Both the position numbers and the translations under genes were made by a program. A DNA stretch of 61,284 nucleotides, counting the filler, from Basidioascus undulatus (taxonomy: Eukaryota): NCBI GenBank assembly GCA_000826855.1. It is 4 parts of 4 records of this genome, joined end to end, with 100 filler letters (N's around TTAATTAATTAA, not from the genome) between each part and the next. Parts side by side here need not be neighbours in the genome. Positions count along the whole stretch, not along the records: positions 1 to 30,173 come from JTLS01000115.1; positions 30,274 to 40,550 come from JTLS01001152.1; 2 more parts are not named here. One strand, 5' to 3'. Of this stretch, positions 25,694 to 37,798 are shown one piece after another. The notes under the pieces were generated by a model, which was not told the DNA's origin, did not search any database, and worked only from the letters and a program-made list of their open reading frames with translations. Each line of letters begins with the position of its first letter. The stretch's first letter is position 1.

Positions 25694-26534
25694 CTACATC
25701 TCCATTTCCACCTCGCCCAGCCCACGCTCGACTGGACCTGCCCCTGCCCCCGTACTCGGAGGCCGCACCGTCGCGCCCTCCTGCTCGACCCCCCCGCTCC
25801 GCAACCACTCCTCATACATCGCCTCGAACACCGCGTCGTCCATCTCTGCCTGGTCGTGGTCGTACTCCTGCGCCTCCTCAGCCATCGCCAGGTCCTCGGG
25901 CGGTTCTGGGCCTGGTCGGATGGACGCGTCTCTGGTCAGTGACCGCCGAACCGGATAGGAGCAAGGAAGACGCACCCGTTGGAGATGAAGGCTGGTCCCA
26001 GAACGTTAGGGGATCGTAGTCCGACCCGACTTCGCGCTCGTACGCGGCTCGTTGCGCGTGCGCGAAGCGCTGGCCGGTGGACGCGACTATGCGCTTGAAG
26101 ATCTGTGACGCGTCCAGTGCTACTCAGCCCCTACATCCATCTCATCCCAACCAACAGGTACTTAAACGTACCTCCTCCTCCACATTTTGATCATCGTCTC
26201 CCTCCATCTCATCGCTATCCCCGATCCTCCTCAAGCGCTGCACGCCCCTCGCGCGCTCCTCGCGCACGCGCTCCGCACACCGCGCGCGAAACCGCTCCTT
26301 CCAGAGCATCTTCCTCGGATCGGACGCGTCCTGCGGACTGATGGGGCCGTGGACAGCGGTGGTGGTCGAGCCTGATGAGCGGCGCGGTTGCGCGGGCGTG
26401 GGCCGCCGGCGCCGGAATGCGATCGGGGTGGGGGACGAGAGGTGCGCGCCGCGCGGTGGCGAGGAGGAAAGCGGGGAGGGGATGAGCGCGGGGTGGTGCG
26501 GGCTGTAGGCGGAGAGAGGAGAGGACATCGACAT
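25694..26534 (-). CDS. Hypothetical protein with RPA-interacting protein (RPAIN) N-terminal-like motif
   Basis: Three exons. LWKERFRARCAERVREERARGVQRLR resembles the RPAIN WK..FR.RC.ER.R..R motif; acidic C-terminus. Confidence 0.45.
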
Positions 26535-27092
26535 GGTGGATGGTGGATGAATGGGAGATGGAACGGGGGAGGGGGGAAGGGGATGGTGATGGTTGTGGTC
26601 GAAGGTGAGGGAAGACGCGGTCGCGACGCGTTGGAATTTCACTTGATGGGGAGCGCGTCAGTAGCAATCCGGCGCCAAATAAAAGTCACTTGCTGCGGAA
26701 TCTTGCCGTTCAAATTTCTCATCATAATGTAATAAAAACACTTATGTGAACTACACATTGTTCATTAATTCAAAAGATCATATAGGCGTGCAAAGTACTG
26801 TCATGAACGTGTATCTGAGGCGCTGTCTCGTTTTGTTTCCACTCGCTGCGCTCCCTTTGTCCTCATGCATCGTTCTCGAGCCTCCTCCCTCGGTTCCTGG
26901 CGCTCTTGTTTTTGCTCGATTCCCTTTCATCTCTCATGCCGGTATTTCAATAACGCACTCCACGAGGCGTCCCTCTGTCCGAGTATAAGAAGCAGCGACT
27001 GCAACGCGGCAGCTAGAGTCCCCAGCACACGCACTTCCACACCCGTTTCCACATTCCACAACGTTTTTCGTAAAACAACTCAAACAGCCACC

Positions 27093-27774
27093 ATGTCTGC
27101 CGCTAGCGACTACATTACCGTCACCTCCCTCACCATCTCCTCCGACCTTGCGTCCTCTTCCTCGGGCCCTTCCCCACGCGTCATCGACCTGTCCTCCATC
27201 TCCCCTAAGGATGCCTCCAAGTTGGACGTGATCTTCAAGAAAGGTGCGCGTGCATACCCGTCTATCTCCTTCCAAGTGAAGAAGCAGCGTGCGTCCTCCC
27301 TCGTCTTGCCGTCCATCTCACCGGCTCATGATCATCCCGCAGTCCCCGAGTTCGCGACCCTCGAGCTCTTCACGTCCTCCTCCACCCTCGGCGTGACGAG
27401 CCAGGCATCGCCCTACATCTGGCTGCCTATCCCCGCTGAGCTCCGCACACCTTCTTCCGCGACCCACACGCTCGACGTCCCCACCATCCACACGCCTGCG
27501 GGCAACGCCGCCGTCTCCATTGCGAGCAAGATCAGCAACTTTACGCTCAACATCCGCCTCATCCTCAACGACGAGAACAGCGCGGCGCCGAAGACGATTG
27601 TGGGAGGTGCGTTAACGTAGCGAAGTAAAATTTTACGAAAGCAGTGGCTGACGGGTAACAGACTTGACCAAGGTCGGCGTTGTCCTGAAGGACAAGTGGG
27701 AGGGCGAGCCCGCGGGGTGGGTCGAGCCTGAGCAGCCGCTCCTTGCGAGCCGGCTGGTTGGTGCGACTGCATGA
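27093..27774 (+). CDS. Hypothetical beta-rich protein, weakly RhoGDI-like
   Basis: ATG in good context (ACCATG) with clear introns. ITVTSLTISS...PRVIDLS...VIFKKGA...ISFQVK resembles the start of the RhoGDI Ig domain. Confidence 0.4.
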
Positions 27775-29299
27775 GGGGCAATACTGTGGCGCCTTTGTTC
27801 TATTTCTTGTATTACGGGCTTACTTGGTTTAATGGGATGAAGATTGTTTTAATTGGTTTGGGAGGGGTATTTTGGGCTCGCGTTGAGGTCAGCTGGATCT
27901 CTGCACTATGTAACGGCTTTACCTTCGCATAAAGAAGCTGACGCTCTTGAAAGTGTGTCGATTCGTTTTTTTTGTTCTGGTTCTCAATAATTGAAAACCC
28001 TGCGGTAGGGTTTGCCGGAGGTCAGAAACGATCTGGCCTGACACATTCATCGAGACGGTTACGTTGTTTTGGGGACTCGTCTTGCTCAAAGTCACCTTTG
28101 CAACCTCAGCCCTTTGACGAAGGTACAGATCCATCAATACCTTCTGGCTGTTTCCAGGTGCTGATACCTTCCGATACAGCGCAAGCGAGTGCTCATCAGC
28201 CTTCCAGTTCATACACGCAATGACCGCTTTACTCTTGCTTACATCCCTTGGTCCAGCCGGGTCATTCGAGCAGATTCACCCTTGCACCATATATATTGAC
28301 TGCTTCAGAATGGACTTGGAACGGAAAGGCTTGACTCTTCTTCTGACCGAGGTTCACGGTGGGATATGCGAGGTGTGCTGATCGATGATCATTTGGCTTC
28401 TAGTTCAAACTACAGTAATCCCCACCAATGAATCTCTAACAAAGTCTAAAATGGTGTCCTCGAAGTGTCCTGGAAGACACTGTCTGTGTCTAAGTCTCTC
28501 CCAGAGACGCACGCTGCATTCCCGAACAGCCAAGTGGTCCCTGAGGGACGCACGATGGCGAGTGTCCCTTTCACGTACTGCTGAAACTATCCTTACATAA
28601 TCACTATCTCTCTTGCCACTCGAATGACTCTGAAACACTTCTGATACAGCACTGACCCCGGGACGCGCTCTGGGCAGGACTCCACGCACAGCCGGCCCAC
28701 GCTATCGGTCACAGAAAGGTGAGTACTCTTCCGAAATCGAGGAGGATAGAAAGAGGTGCTGTGGGTTTGAAGATGCGAATAAGAAACAAGGTACATACCT
28801 CAAGCGTCCCGAGCTTTCATATTGGAAGCGGTGGAGAGACACTCCCATTATCCCGTGCTGAACATCACCCGGCACTCTGGTTTGGTCCTTGTCTGGTAAG
28901 TCCAGATCAAGAAGAGCTGGGTGAGAAGATGCCATAGTTGGGTGGGTGGGGAGCAGACGGAAGAGCGAGCATCTGCCGCGCCGTCTGGTGTATCTGCGCA
29001 GCTTGAAAGACGGTTCGTGAACCCTAGTCCGCTGGATCCGGTTTCGTGCTGCCAGTGGGATTGTCGATAGTGTTCGATCAGACGAATGCATGCCTGAATT
29101 GAGCGATAAATACGGATAAATACGCTGTGAAATGCACTCCAGCAGATTCTGGAGATGACGTTCGAGGTGATAACGGCGCGAGACGAACGGCGAAAGCCCG
29201 ACACAATCGACTGTGCGGTGCCCAGCAACGAGCACCTGAACGGGCTACCGGGATGGTCAGGAGTAGAACGATTATCGTGAGCGAGAACGACACCGAGCC

Positions 29300-30173
29300 C
29301 CAACACGGCAAGGATTTTGCGCAGATCTTCCCATCTTCCCCCCCCCCCCCCCCGCCTCTCCCTCCTCCTCCTGCTCTCACACCCCTCGCTCTCCTCCCTC
29401 CTCTCCCTCTCAATCGCCCTCGCCCCCTGGTCCGACGACCTTCTAACGCTGTCGCACCTCCTTCCCCGCACCTCCTCCCTCCCGGCCCTCTTCCCGCGCC
29501 TCCGCTCCCTCACACTCCACCTCCTCACCCTCCCGCACGCGCTGCTGCTCCCCCAGCTCCCCGGGCTGCCGAGCCTCACGGAACTCAACGTCGACTGGCG
29601 GCCGTACGCCGTGCCCGATGCGGCAGGGGACTTTGACGAGCTCCTGGATGCGCTGAGACCGTGCAATGCGCTACGGGTCTTGAAGATAACAGCACCGTAT
29701 GAAACGCACTGGGCGGCGTTGGAGAAGATCGTCGCGTATTTCCCGCGGCTGAAGGAGCTCGACCTCTTCGGGCAGCGCCTCGTCGGGCCCACACTGCGGA
29801 GGTGCGCGGACTACCCTCCGGGCTCAGCCGTAAGCTCCCTATCTCCTCTCCTCTCCTCACATCCCACCGCGCTAACACTCCCGCTTCGAATCGCCCAGCG
29901 CGCCTTCGCCCGCATCCTCGCGCCCCTAACCTCCCTGCGCACTCTAGCGCTCTACAATCCCGCCCCCCTCCCGCCATCCCCATTTTCGTCCTCATTTGCG
30001 GAGGCCGACGAGGCCCGCCCGCTCAGCCTCGCAGAAGGCAGCGCGCTAGTGGGCGACGCACTCCCGCGCCTGCGGACGATCCGGTGGGGCGCGTCGGTCA
30101 GTCCGCATGGGAGCTGGTTGTCCAGGGTGGACGTGTGGGTTCGGACATCGACGTGGGAGGGAGGCCGTTGGGA
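29300..30173 (+). CDS. LRR-containing (F-box/LRR-type) protein, partial
   Basis: FPRLRSLTLH, LPSLTELNVD, FPRLKELDLF, LTSLRTLALY, LPRLRTIRW. Runs into the contig end; 5' part is unclear around a poly-C tract. Confidence 0.55.
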
Positions 30174-30273
30174 NNNNNNNNNNNNNNNNNNNNNNNNNNN
30201 NNNNNNNNNNNNNNNNNTTAATTAATTAANNNNNNNNNNNNNNNNNNNNNNNNNNNNNNNNNNNNNNNNNNNN
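30174..30273. other. Artificial contig spacer
   Basis: N44-TTAATTAATTAA-N44 (stops in all six frames). Confidence 0.97.
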
Positions 30274-30429
30274 ACCTGTGCTCGGTGCTTACCGTGCGTC
30301 GTTTCCCCCTCTTCCCTCCCCCCCACCTTCCCTTCCCTTCCCTCCCCTCTCCCTTCGCTCTATCTTCCCTCTTCCCGCCCCCAGGCCGACTGCGACCGGG
30401 CGCTGACTCCACCCGGGCGCTGGGGTAGG

Positions 30430-31503
30430 ATCAAGCTCAAAACGATGGACCGCTCCTACGCGGTGGAGAAGGTGTTCAAGGAGGTGCTGCCCAATCTGCA
30501 GCACGGCAGCGACGGGCTGATCTTTACTTCCGCCGAGTCGGGCTATGTCCATGGGACGGACCCGAAAATGTGCGTCCTCTTTCACTCTCTCCCATCCCTT
30601 GCCTTCCCTCAGCAGCGGCCTACGCGGGGGGCAGTATCAAGTGGAAAGAGCCCTCGGAAAACTCGATCGACTTCAAAGTCCAGCTGCGCTTCCCTCCCCT
30701 CGCGGACGACCCCTCCCGGCCGGACTACTTCCAGAAGCCGCTGCTCGCGCTCCACCAGTGGGAGGGCGGCGAGCGCTACTCGTGGTTCGACTCGATCGAG
30801 CTGTCTGATGCGGAATGGGAAGAGTGGGTGTCCCCTCCCATTCCCCCTCCACCTTCCTTCTTCCCCTTCCCCTTCCCCTTCCCCTCCTCCTCCTCCCCAC
30901 CCCTCCTCCATCGCTTCTTCCTCTCTTTCCTTTCCATCTTCCCTTCCCTCTTTCCCTCTTCCCCGACTGTTGGCCCGGAACTGATGCTGGGGACGGGACG
31001 TGGACATGCAGGCTCCGAGACGCCCACCCGCAGATTGACGAGCGGATTGTGGAAGTCGCGTGGGACGAGGCGCGCGCGGGGTGGAAGATCCTCAGGTTTA
31101 GGGACGATAAGCCGCATGGGAACCATAGCTCGACCGTCGAGAAAGTTTTGGTTTCGATCAGGGACGGAGTGAAGATCTCGCAGGTGCGTCTGATTCCCCC
31201 TTTCCCCCTTCCACTTCTGCTCCTGCTCTTTTTCCTCCTTTTGCTGCTCTTCCTCCTCCCCTCCTCCTCCCTCCTCCTCCTCTTCATCGCCGCCACTTGA
31301 GCGCTGACAACGCGGCGAGACGACAGCTGATAGCCCACGCCCCGACCCTTCGCGCAAACTGGAAAGCCCGCGAACAGCGGCGCGCCGCGGCTCCTCCCGC
31401 ACCCCCGCCCGCGCCCGCGCATGCGCATGGCGGGTGGTCGGGCGCAGGGGGTGTGGACGGAGGGGCGGGTGGGACGGCGGGGGGCTACACGATACGGACT
31501 TGA
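30430..31503 (+). CDS. CEG1: mRNA capping enzyme guanylyltransferase, 3' part
   Basis: LQHGSDGLIFT (motif IV), IKWKEPSENSIDF (motif V), WKILRFRDDKPHGNH (motif VI), NWKARE. 5' half lies off-contig. Confidence 0.92.
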
Positions 31504-32276
31504 TTTTGCGATGGGAAGATGGGAAGGGGGAGTGGGGAGGAGAGGGGTTGCATGCAGCGCGTAATTTTGGAACGTGTGGGTTGCTGCTAGGTTAAGGCCG
31601 GAAGGAGTGGTCGAGTGTGGGAAAGGGGGTTGCTGGGGACGTGAGCGGGTCCAGGGGCGGGGGAGCGTACAGCGGACTGAGACTGGGCGGCGCTCCAGAA
31701 GGACTGCATTACTTGCCAGTGCTTTCAGGACGCAGCTGCTTCTTCCTTCATTATGCGGCGCCCCCGGGCACTCCAGTACATGCATGCCAGTTGTTTAAAT
31801 CTCAGTCTCTTCTCTTTTCTTTTTTCACGAATTCTGACCGACTGATTCGAGCGTCCCTTCGGTGGACTGGTCAAACTGCCATATAGCGTGATGAGATTCT
31901 GGGCACCACGCATCTGTTGGCCAGCAGGGGGTTTCGCATCCTCCTCTGTGTACTCATTACTCAGTCTCTGTGGTAATTTAAAGTGATCTTTTCTGCTATT
32001 CTTGTGAAAAGAGTCTCGCAGAACCTGTCGTGACCTTTCGACAATACCAGCTTTGACATTGCAGACAACCCCACGATGGTGGCATATGACGGCCGCGCAT
32101 CATAGCTGGCGTAAAAACCCAGCACATGGAAATGTAGAACGTATTTCAATTTCAATCTGTTCCTTGGCAGACAGACACGCGAAGCGGGCCGGCGAGCTTG
32201 CGCGAGCCTGCATCGTGCACCGTACAACGGGCCATTTCGCTGTCGATCAGACTTTGCACTGAACCATCAACATCCC

Positions 32277-33424
32277 ATGCGACCAGTCGCTCCTCTTGAC
32301 CATCATCGTCTCCCATGGCCGCCATGTCTCTCACTACTCTTACTTTCAAATCCAAGACGGTCGGGACCGCAGGATATCCGCATCCCCCTGTGCCAGGGAG
32401 CTGCACCCGAGTCGAGATCTCCTCATCGGCATCCACGGAGAGTTCTCGGTCAGCCCATACTGCGGCGCACTCTTCAGACCTTCGGGCAAGTTCGACTCTC
32501 TCTCGGTCTCCGGGCTGCACGAGGATGAAGACGTCGTGATCTTTCGATCGCACGCTCCTCCTCAGACTGCCCAAGTTCACGTCCGGTTTGCACGGCTTGC
32601 ACACGCTCGCCCCTCCCAACTCTGCGGACGGTCCAAAGGCCTGAGGTGCTCCTTCTCACGGTAAAGAGCAGCCAGACTTTCGCGTTTCCCGACCCTCTGG
32701 CTCTGCTTTTCCGAAGACTCGAGGCGAACATCGTTAAAGAACTGGTCCTTGTGGATGGACGCGTCCTTGCCGTCGTGGACGTCGCAGGGCATCAGCAGGT
32801 CCCGAAAGGCACAGCCGTGCTTGTTGGGCGGAACGGCGAAGTTACAACCCTCCTCCCCGAGAAGCCTTACTCTAGCGTTATCCTCGACAGCGGTGGCGAC
32901 CGACCCCGCGAAGCCTGGGAGATTTATGCCCGCCGCCTTTCACGTCTGCCCACAATCGTCAAGGGGCCCGCGCCGCTCCCTCTATCGCAGACGTGACTTC
33001 AGCTCTATTACGCCGACTCTGCGCCGATTCCTCCGCGGGCCGACGACCTTCTGTGTGCGTTGCTCCGCAGTGTCCGCCTGGGCGAGCGGTGTCCAGCTCG
33101 AGCTCTTGGACCGCACCGTAGTCGACGTGACGGTGTGACTTCCGAACGGCCCGTTTAAGCGCCAGAGCACTCCGCACTTTGGGGGAACTTCGGGCCCCGT
33201 GTATCGGACATCAAAAAGCTGCTCAGCGCTGGGTACTCCTGGTGCGAGGTCTGCGGGACGCCTTGCACTTGGACGTGTAAGCGCTGCCAAGGCGCAGCGT
33301 ATTGCTCGGTAGAGCATTTGCGGGACGACTGGTCAGAGCACAAGAAGGTGCGCCATGTCTTTCTGTTGCTGTCACCGCCGGGAGCCTCTAACTGACTGGA
33401 CCTCGACAGTGGTGCAAGCTTTAA
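32277..33424 (+). CDS. MYND zinc-finger protein (C-terminal finger), gene model uncertain
   Basis: WCEVCGTPCTWTCKRCQGAAYCSVEHLRDDWSEHKK|WCKL* at about 33240-33424; not captured by the supplied ORF track. Confidence 0.7.
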
Positions 33425-34221
33425 CGCCTTGTTTCGTAGGGGGGTGGGAGAGGGCATTTGGTCGGGCCGTGAAAATTCGGCGAGAGTATTCTGTTGTGGT
33501 GGGGACATAATTGACGGGTTGGATCTAACGCGTGCATGAGGGGATAAACTTGCTTGACCTAGGCAGGAGGGGGAACGACGCTGCAGCAGCGCGTTCCCTA
33601 ATGTCTGCCAAGGATTATACCTTAATTAAGGGACTCCTAGACATTCAAGTCATTGCAAAACATTAACTGCAATGTCAAAACTCGTTCGATTTTCGAACGC
33701 TGGGCACCGCGCGCCACTGAACATGGTGTGACGCTGCCGTGTACCATCTCAATGAGCCAAACGGCGCATGGCATTCAAAATCAGTGCTTTTTGATACTTC
33801 AAATTCGATGCCTAGTTTCCAGTGAAGTTGGGACAACAACCCTTGCGTATCCAGGAGAACGGCAAAGGGTGGTGCAACACGAGGTTGTGCTTTTCCGTCA
33901 CAGCCGCAAAATTTGGCCGCAGGGCCACTTTTGGGATTCTTTCTTTATTTAAGCACATTATTTGACACAAACTTCTTGGCACAGAACAAGTGCGTCCAAG
34001 GATCGTGTAACAGTAAAAGAGTTCGCAGCGCCACGAATCTACAACACTGGCTTTCTTTCGATGAGCCTACCAGGGGCAAAGAACTGCAAAAACTGAACTG
34101 AAAAAGGTGTGCATATCTCTACATAAACACCTCCGGCTCCCAGCCGCTTTGATCTGTGAGTGATTACAGCCTGCTCTCTTTTTCGGAATATGGGTTTACA
34201 TTTTGTAAGAACCTCAACAAT

Positions 34222-34302
34222 GGCTTGATGGTCTAGTCGCATGATTCCTTCTTTGGGTCCCACAAATGGAGGAGGTCACGGGTTCAATTCCCGTTCAAGC
34301 CC
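34222..34302 (+). tRNA. tRNA-Pro(TGG) with 9-nt intron
   Basis: Acceptor stem GGCTTGA/TCAAGCC, anticodon arm CCTTC-TTTGGG[TCCCACAAA]T-GGAGG, T-arm ACGGG-TTCAATT-CCCGT, downstream T-run. Confidence 0.85.
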
Positions 34303-35582
34303 TGTTCTTTTTGTTCATTCAATTTAATTTTATTTGTGCCCCTGACTGTGAAACTCTGGAGAAGTGCGTGGTAGCATAAAGCATTTTTCGGGGGTGTGTT
34401 TTGTTTTGATTGTTCACGCCACATGGTTGCATGATAGTGAGGGCGGCAGATTGTGCGACGACGCTCTGCGGACGGGAACTACGGCTGCCTGTGAATTGAT
34501 CAAGAAAACGGCATCCACTCGAAACAGCAAGCAGGTCAAATTCTCACATTCCAGAAAAATGATGGGTTTAAGTGGATCAGAAGACGATGGGAAGCGATAG
34601 GGCCGTGCTGGCCTGCGGCGGCAGGGTCGTGACGGTCTCACTCGCTGGTCAGCCGCTTACACAGCACTGCCATGACTATTTATCTCTTGACACTTCTACA
34701 GTGCCCGCGTACTAGTTTTATCTCACGAGATGGACCACTGATGCTGCAAGCTCAAGATAGTCGAGGAACAGTTTACACAAGTGGGGGTGGATGGTGTCTC
34801 CCCCCAGCGTGTCCCCTTGGTTCAATTGCGTTTCCTCCGAGCCCTGATGGCAGCGAGAACATGAAGTCTTATAGAGCGACTTCCCTTACTTCTACACCTC
34901 GTATACAAGCACAGTTGCTGGCGGATCATCCCTAGCGTTGTGGCTCGAGCCCCGACTGCGTGAGACGCGTGCGGCATAGAAAGCACAGTAAGCAAGGATA
35001 TGGATTTGGCGGTTCCATTGAACACTTACTCGATGTTAAAAAGATCTCTCCGCCGCGGTTTTGGAGGCACCTTTCCTTCCTTCTCGAGGACGGACTTGAA
35101 AACTTGATTTCCTGCTGAGTTAGAGGGAACGACAGACTATAAGCGTGAGTCGGTGAGTCTTGTCAGCATTGTACGTTGCAGTGAAGGCGGCACTCAAGAA
35201 CGCCACAACGCACATGTGCTGTATGGCAGTACAGATATCGATGATCGTGACGCCGGTAATGTTTCGCACAGGGACGCAGAAGTCGGTTTGTCCATCGGAC
35301 ACGGGGCCACGGAGCCAGGTGCTCTCTTCTGTTGGGGCCTGTGCGCGCACGGCGAGTTGGACTTCCTGGGTCGGAGGCCGAATGGCGAACTGCAGCAAGC
35401 GGCAAGTGTTATACAGAAAAATTGTCAGGGCACTGGTCTTCGACTTCTTTGAGACACACAGTGTCGGGCCCGCGCGAGACGCGTGCCAGACGCGTGCCAG
35501 ACGGCGCTCATCCATTTCGACGCCTCGAAGTCCTCGGCCTTGCCTTCGCACTATCACAGAGCCCCTCTCCCAGCATTGCCCC

Positions 35583-37328
35583 ATGGAATCACCATCTTCA
35601 CCGGCATCTCGAACTCCCCTCCTCGCTTCCGAAAGCAGCACCCCCTACGTTGCGGTCCCGGACATTGAGGCCGCTGTGCCCGCGGCGGCGGGCGAGGCCG
35701 AGGATCAGCTGACGCTCCGGACGCTCCTGCCCTGGCGACTGCTCTTCACTAAGCGGGCCATCCGTACGCTGGGGTGCCTTTCTGTTGTGTGTGAACATGT
35801 GGAGTGGCCTAAGGTTGATGGGGCGGGAGGCAACCGGGGGTAGCCTGGTGGATCTTGGCTGCGATCGCGGCGACGGTCACGGCGCTGTTGACGATCTACC
35901 ATGTTGTGCGCTCGCACCTCATTCATAACGGTTAATCAATTTGTAAGATACTGAACTTGGGGGCATGTCGGGTCACACAGTCCATCGTCCTCTGGCTGGA
36001 GCCCATCGCGGAGCGCATACGCGCTGTTCCAGGCGGGTGGATCATCCCGATCGTCATCCTGGTCGTTATCTCTTTCCCCCCTGTGCGTCTTTCTAACTTT
36101 TATGTCAATTTATTGATATATCGAAAGCTGATCCTCGCCTCCCTTCCTTCCCAGCTATTCGGTCACGAGATCGTCGCCGTGCTGTGTGGAGTTGTCTACG
36201 GGCTGGGCGCCGGTTCGTCAACTTTGCACACTACCTTTAAGCTGAGATGCGATTGATACGTTCCTCGTTTAAAGGTTTTGCGATCGTGGCAGCGGGTACC
36301 TTTTTGGGCGAGATCGTGACGTTCTACGCCTTCCGATACCTCTTCACCGAGCACGCGGCGAAACTGCAGAGCCAGTCGCTTAACTACCATGTCATGGTCC
36401 ATATCGTCCGGGAGGGGGGGTTTTGGGTAAGTGTGGGCTGAATTGATTCTGGTATTATGCTGAGCGCTGACAACCTCTTGGCGCTCAACCGATAGATCGT
36501 GTTTCTCGCCCGGCTGTCGGCCATACCCGCACACTGTGCGCCGATCGTTTCTCACAGCCAAACGCCTGGATCAGGAAGGGCTGATAGCCATATTCTCTAG
36601 TCACCACCGCTTTGTTTGCCACATGCGTAAGCGCTACGCAGCTTGCTGCCTGTGCCGGGGAAGCAGCTTTCAATTCCCATCTGTCGAAACTGATTTCTGC
36701 TCTTGGTATTTTCGCTCTTGCAGGGCATGTCCTTCCGCCTGTTCGCCATCACGGCTTTCCTATCCTTGCCGAAGCAGCTCGCTACGGTCTACTTGGGCGT
36801 CCTGTTCCTCCAGGTCGATGCGCCCGTGGACGACAAGATTGCTTCCAATACGGTCCTCGCTGTCACCGTCGTAGTCACGATCGTGGCGGGTTGGCTGATG
36901 TACGTTTCAGTCTTCTATCCAGACATCCTAGGTGATCGTGACTGAACGAAGCGTTTCCTTGCAGATGGCGGAAGATGGTAGAGGCGCGTCCGAGGGTAGC
37001 GCACGAGTGGCGGTGCGTCACTTCGGTATTCTCATTCCGCCAGCAGCACTATCAGAACCCGCCTCGAACCTGTATTAACGCATCTTTGTTCCCCCTCAGT
37101 GCATGGCGAGAACTAGTGGCGAACGGGTCGCCCGAGATGATAGAGCCCGACTCCCCCGCGGACCGCCTGTACGGCGCAACTGTCGACGAGACCGAGCAGG
37201 GGTTCAAGACGCCCAGTCCCTTCACGGGCAGCGTTTCTGAGGCGACGCCGAACTCTGCGAGCTCTACGCATACGGACGATGAAAGGATAGGCGGGGAGGG
37301 AGGTAGATGGACCCAGGGAGGGTCGTAG
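35583..37328 (+). CDS. TVP38: Golgi membrane protein Tvp38 (DedA/SNARE_assoc family)
   Basis: GGWIIPIVILVVISFPP|LFGHEIVAVLCGVVYG, GFAIVAAGTFLGEI, ARLSAIPAH, LSLPKQLATVYLG. Confidence 0.85.
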
Positions 37329-37798
37329 ATTGGCTGTGCATAGAGGGCAAGGCGCGAACGCTGTGTTTCATCTGATGCGTATCTTTATACTTTGAAGGAA
37401 CTTCGTGCGCCGTACGGCAATCACTATCGCTCAGGCCTCGGACAACTATCTCAAACGATGCTGACTTCGAGAGCAGCGTTCTGCCGACGTTTCACTGAAT
37501 GTGGAATGCAGGATCGGCTCCAGATCTCGAAAGACCAGAGATTTAAGTGCACAATCATATTAAATTTGAGTTGATACTGGACTAGAAACCGTGAAAACGT
37601 GGAACCGGTCGTACGCTTGAAAGTAGAAAACGGACTAAGACCATGCAGTATCGCCCTCGGCTGCCTTTCGGGAGATCCGGAAATTCATATCGGTGATCCG
37701 ATGATCGACAAGGAACGCGTCGCTCTCAAGAGCACGCGTCTCATCCAAGCGTCTTCCTCAGATCTCACGACTCGCTCTACACACGTCTCCAGCACAAA

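Noticed and set aside
27900..29000. Scattered minus-strand ORFs
   Set aside because: Possible decayed gene, but no assignable homology.
30218..30229. TTAATTAATTAA palindrome recurring three times
   Set aside because: Artificial six-frame-stop linker between N runs, not a biological repeat or CRISPR.
30826..31290. Long C/T-rich tracts giving Pro/Ser/Phe/Leu or Gly/Arg/Glu-rich ORFs
   Set aside because: Intronic polypyrimidine low-complexity sequence typical of this genome.
34930..35430. Minus-strand segment VPVRNITGVTIIDICTAI resembling some fungal DUF proteins
   Set aside because: Single weak motif; gene model not supportable.
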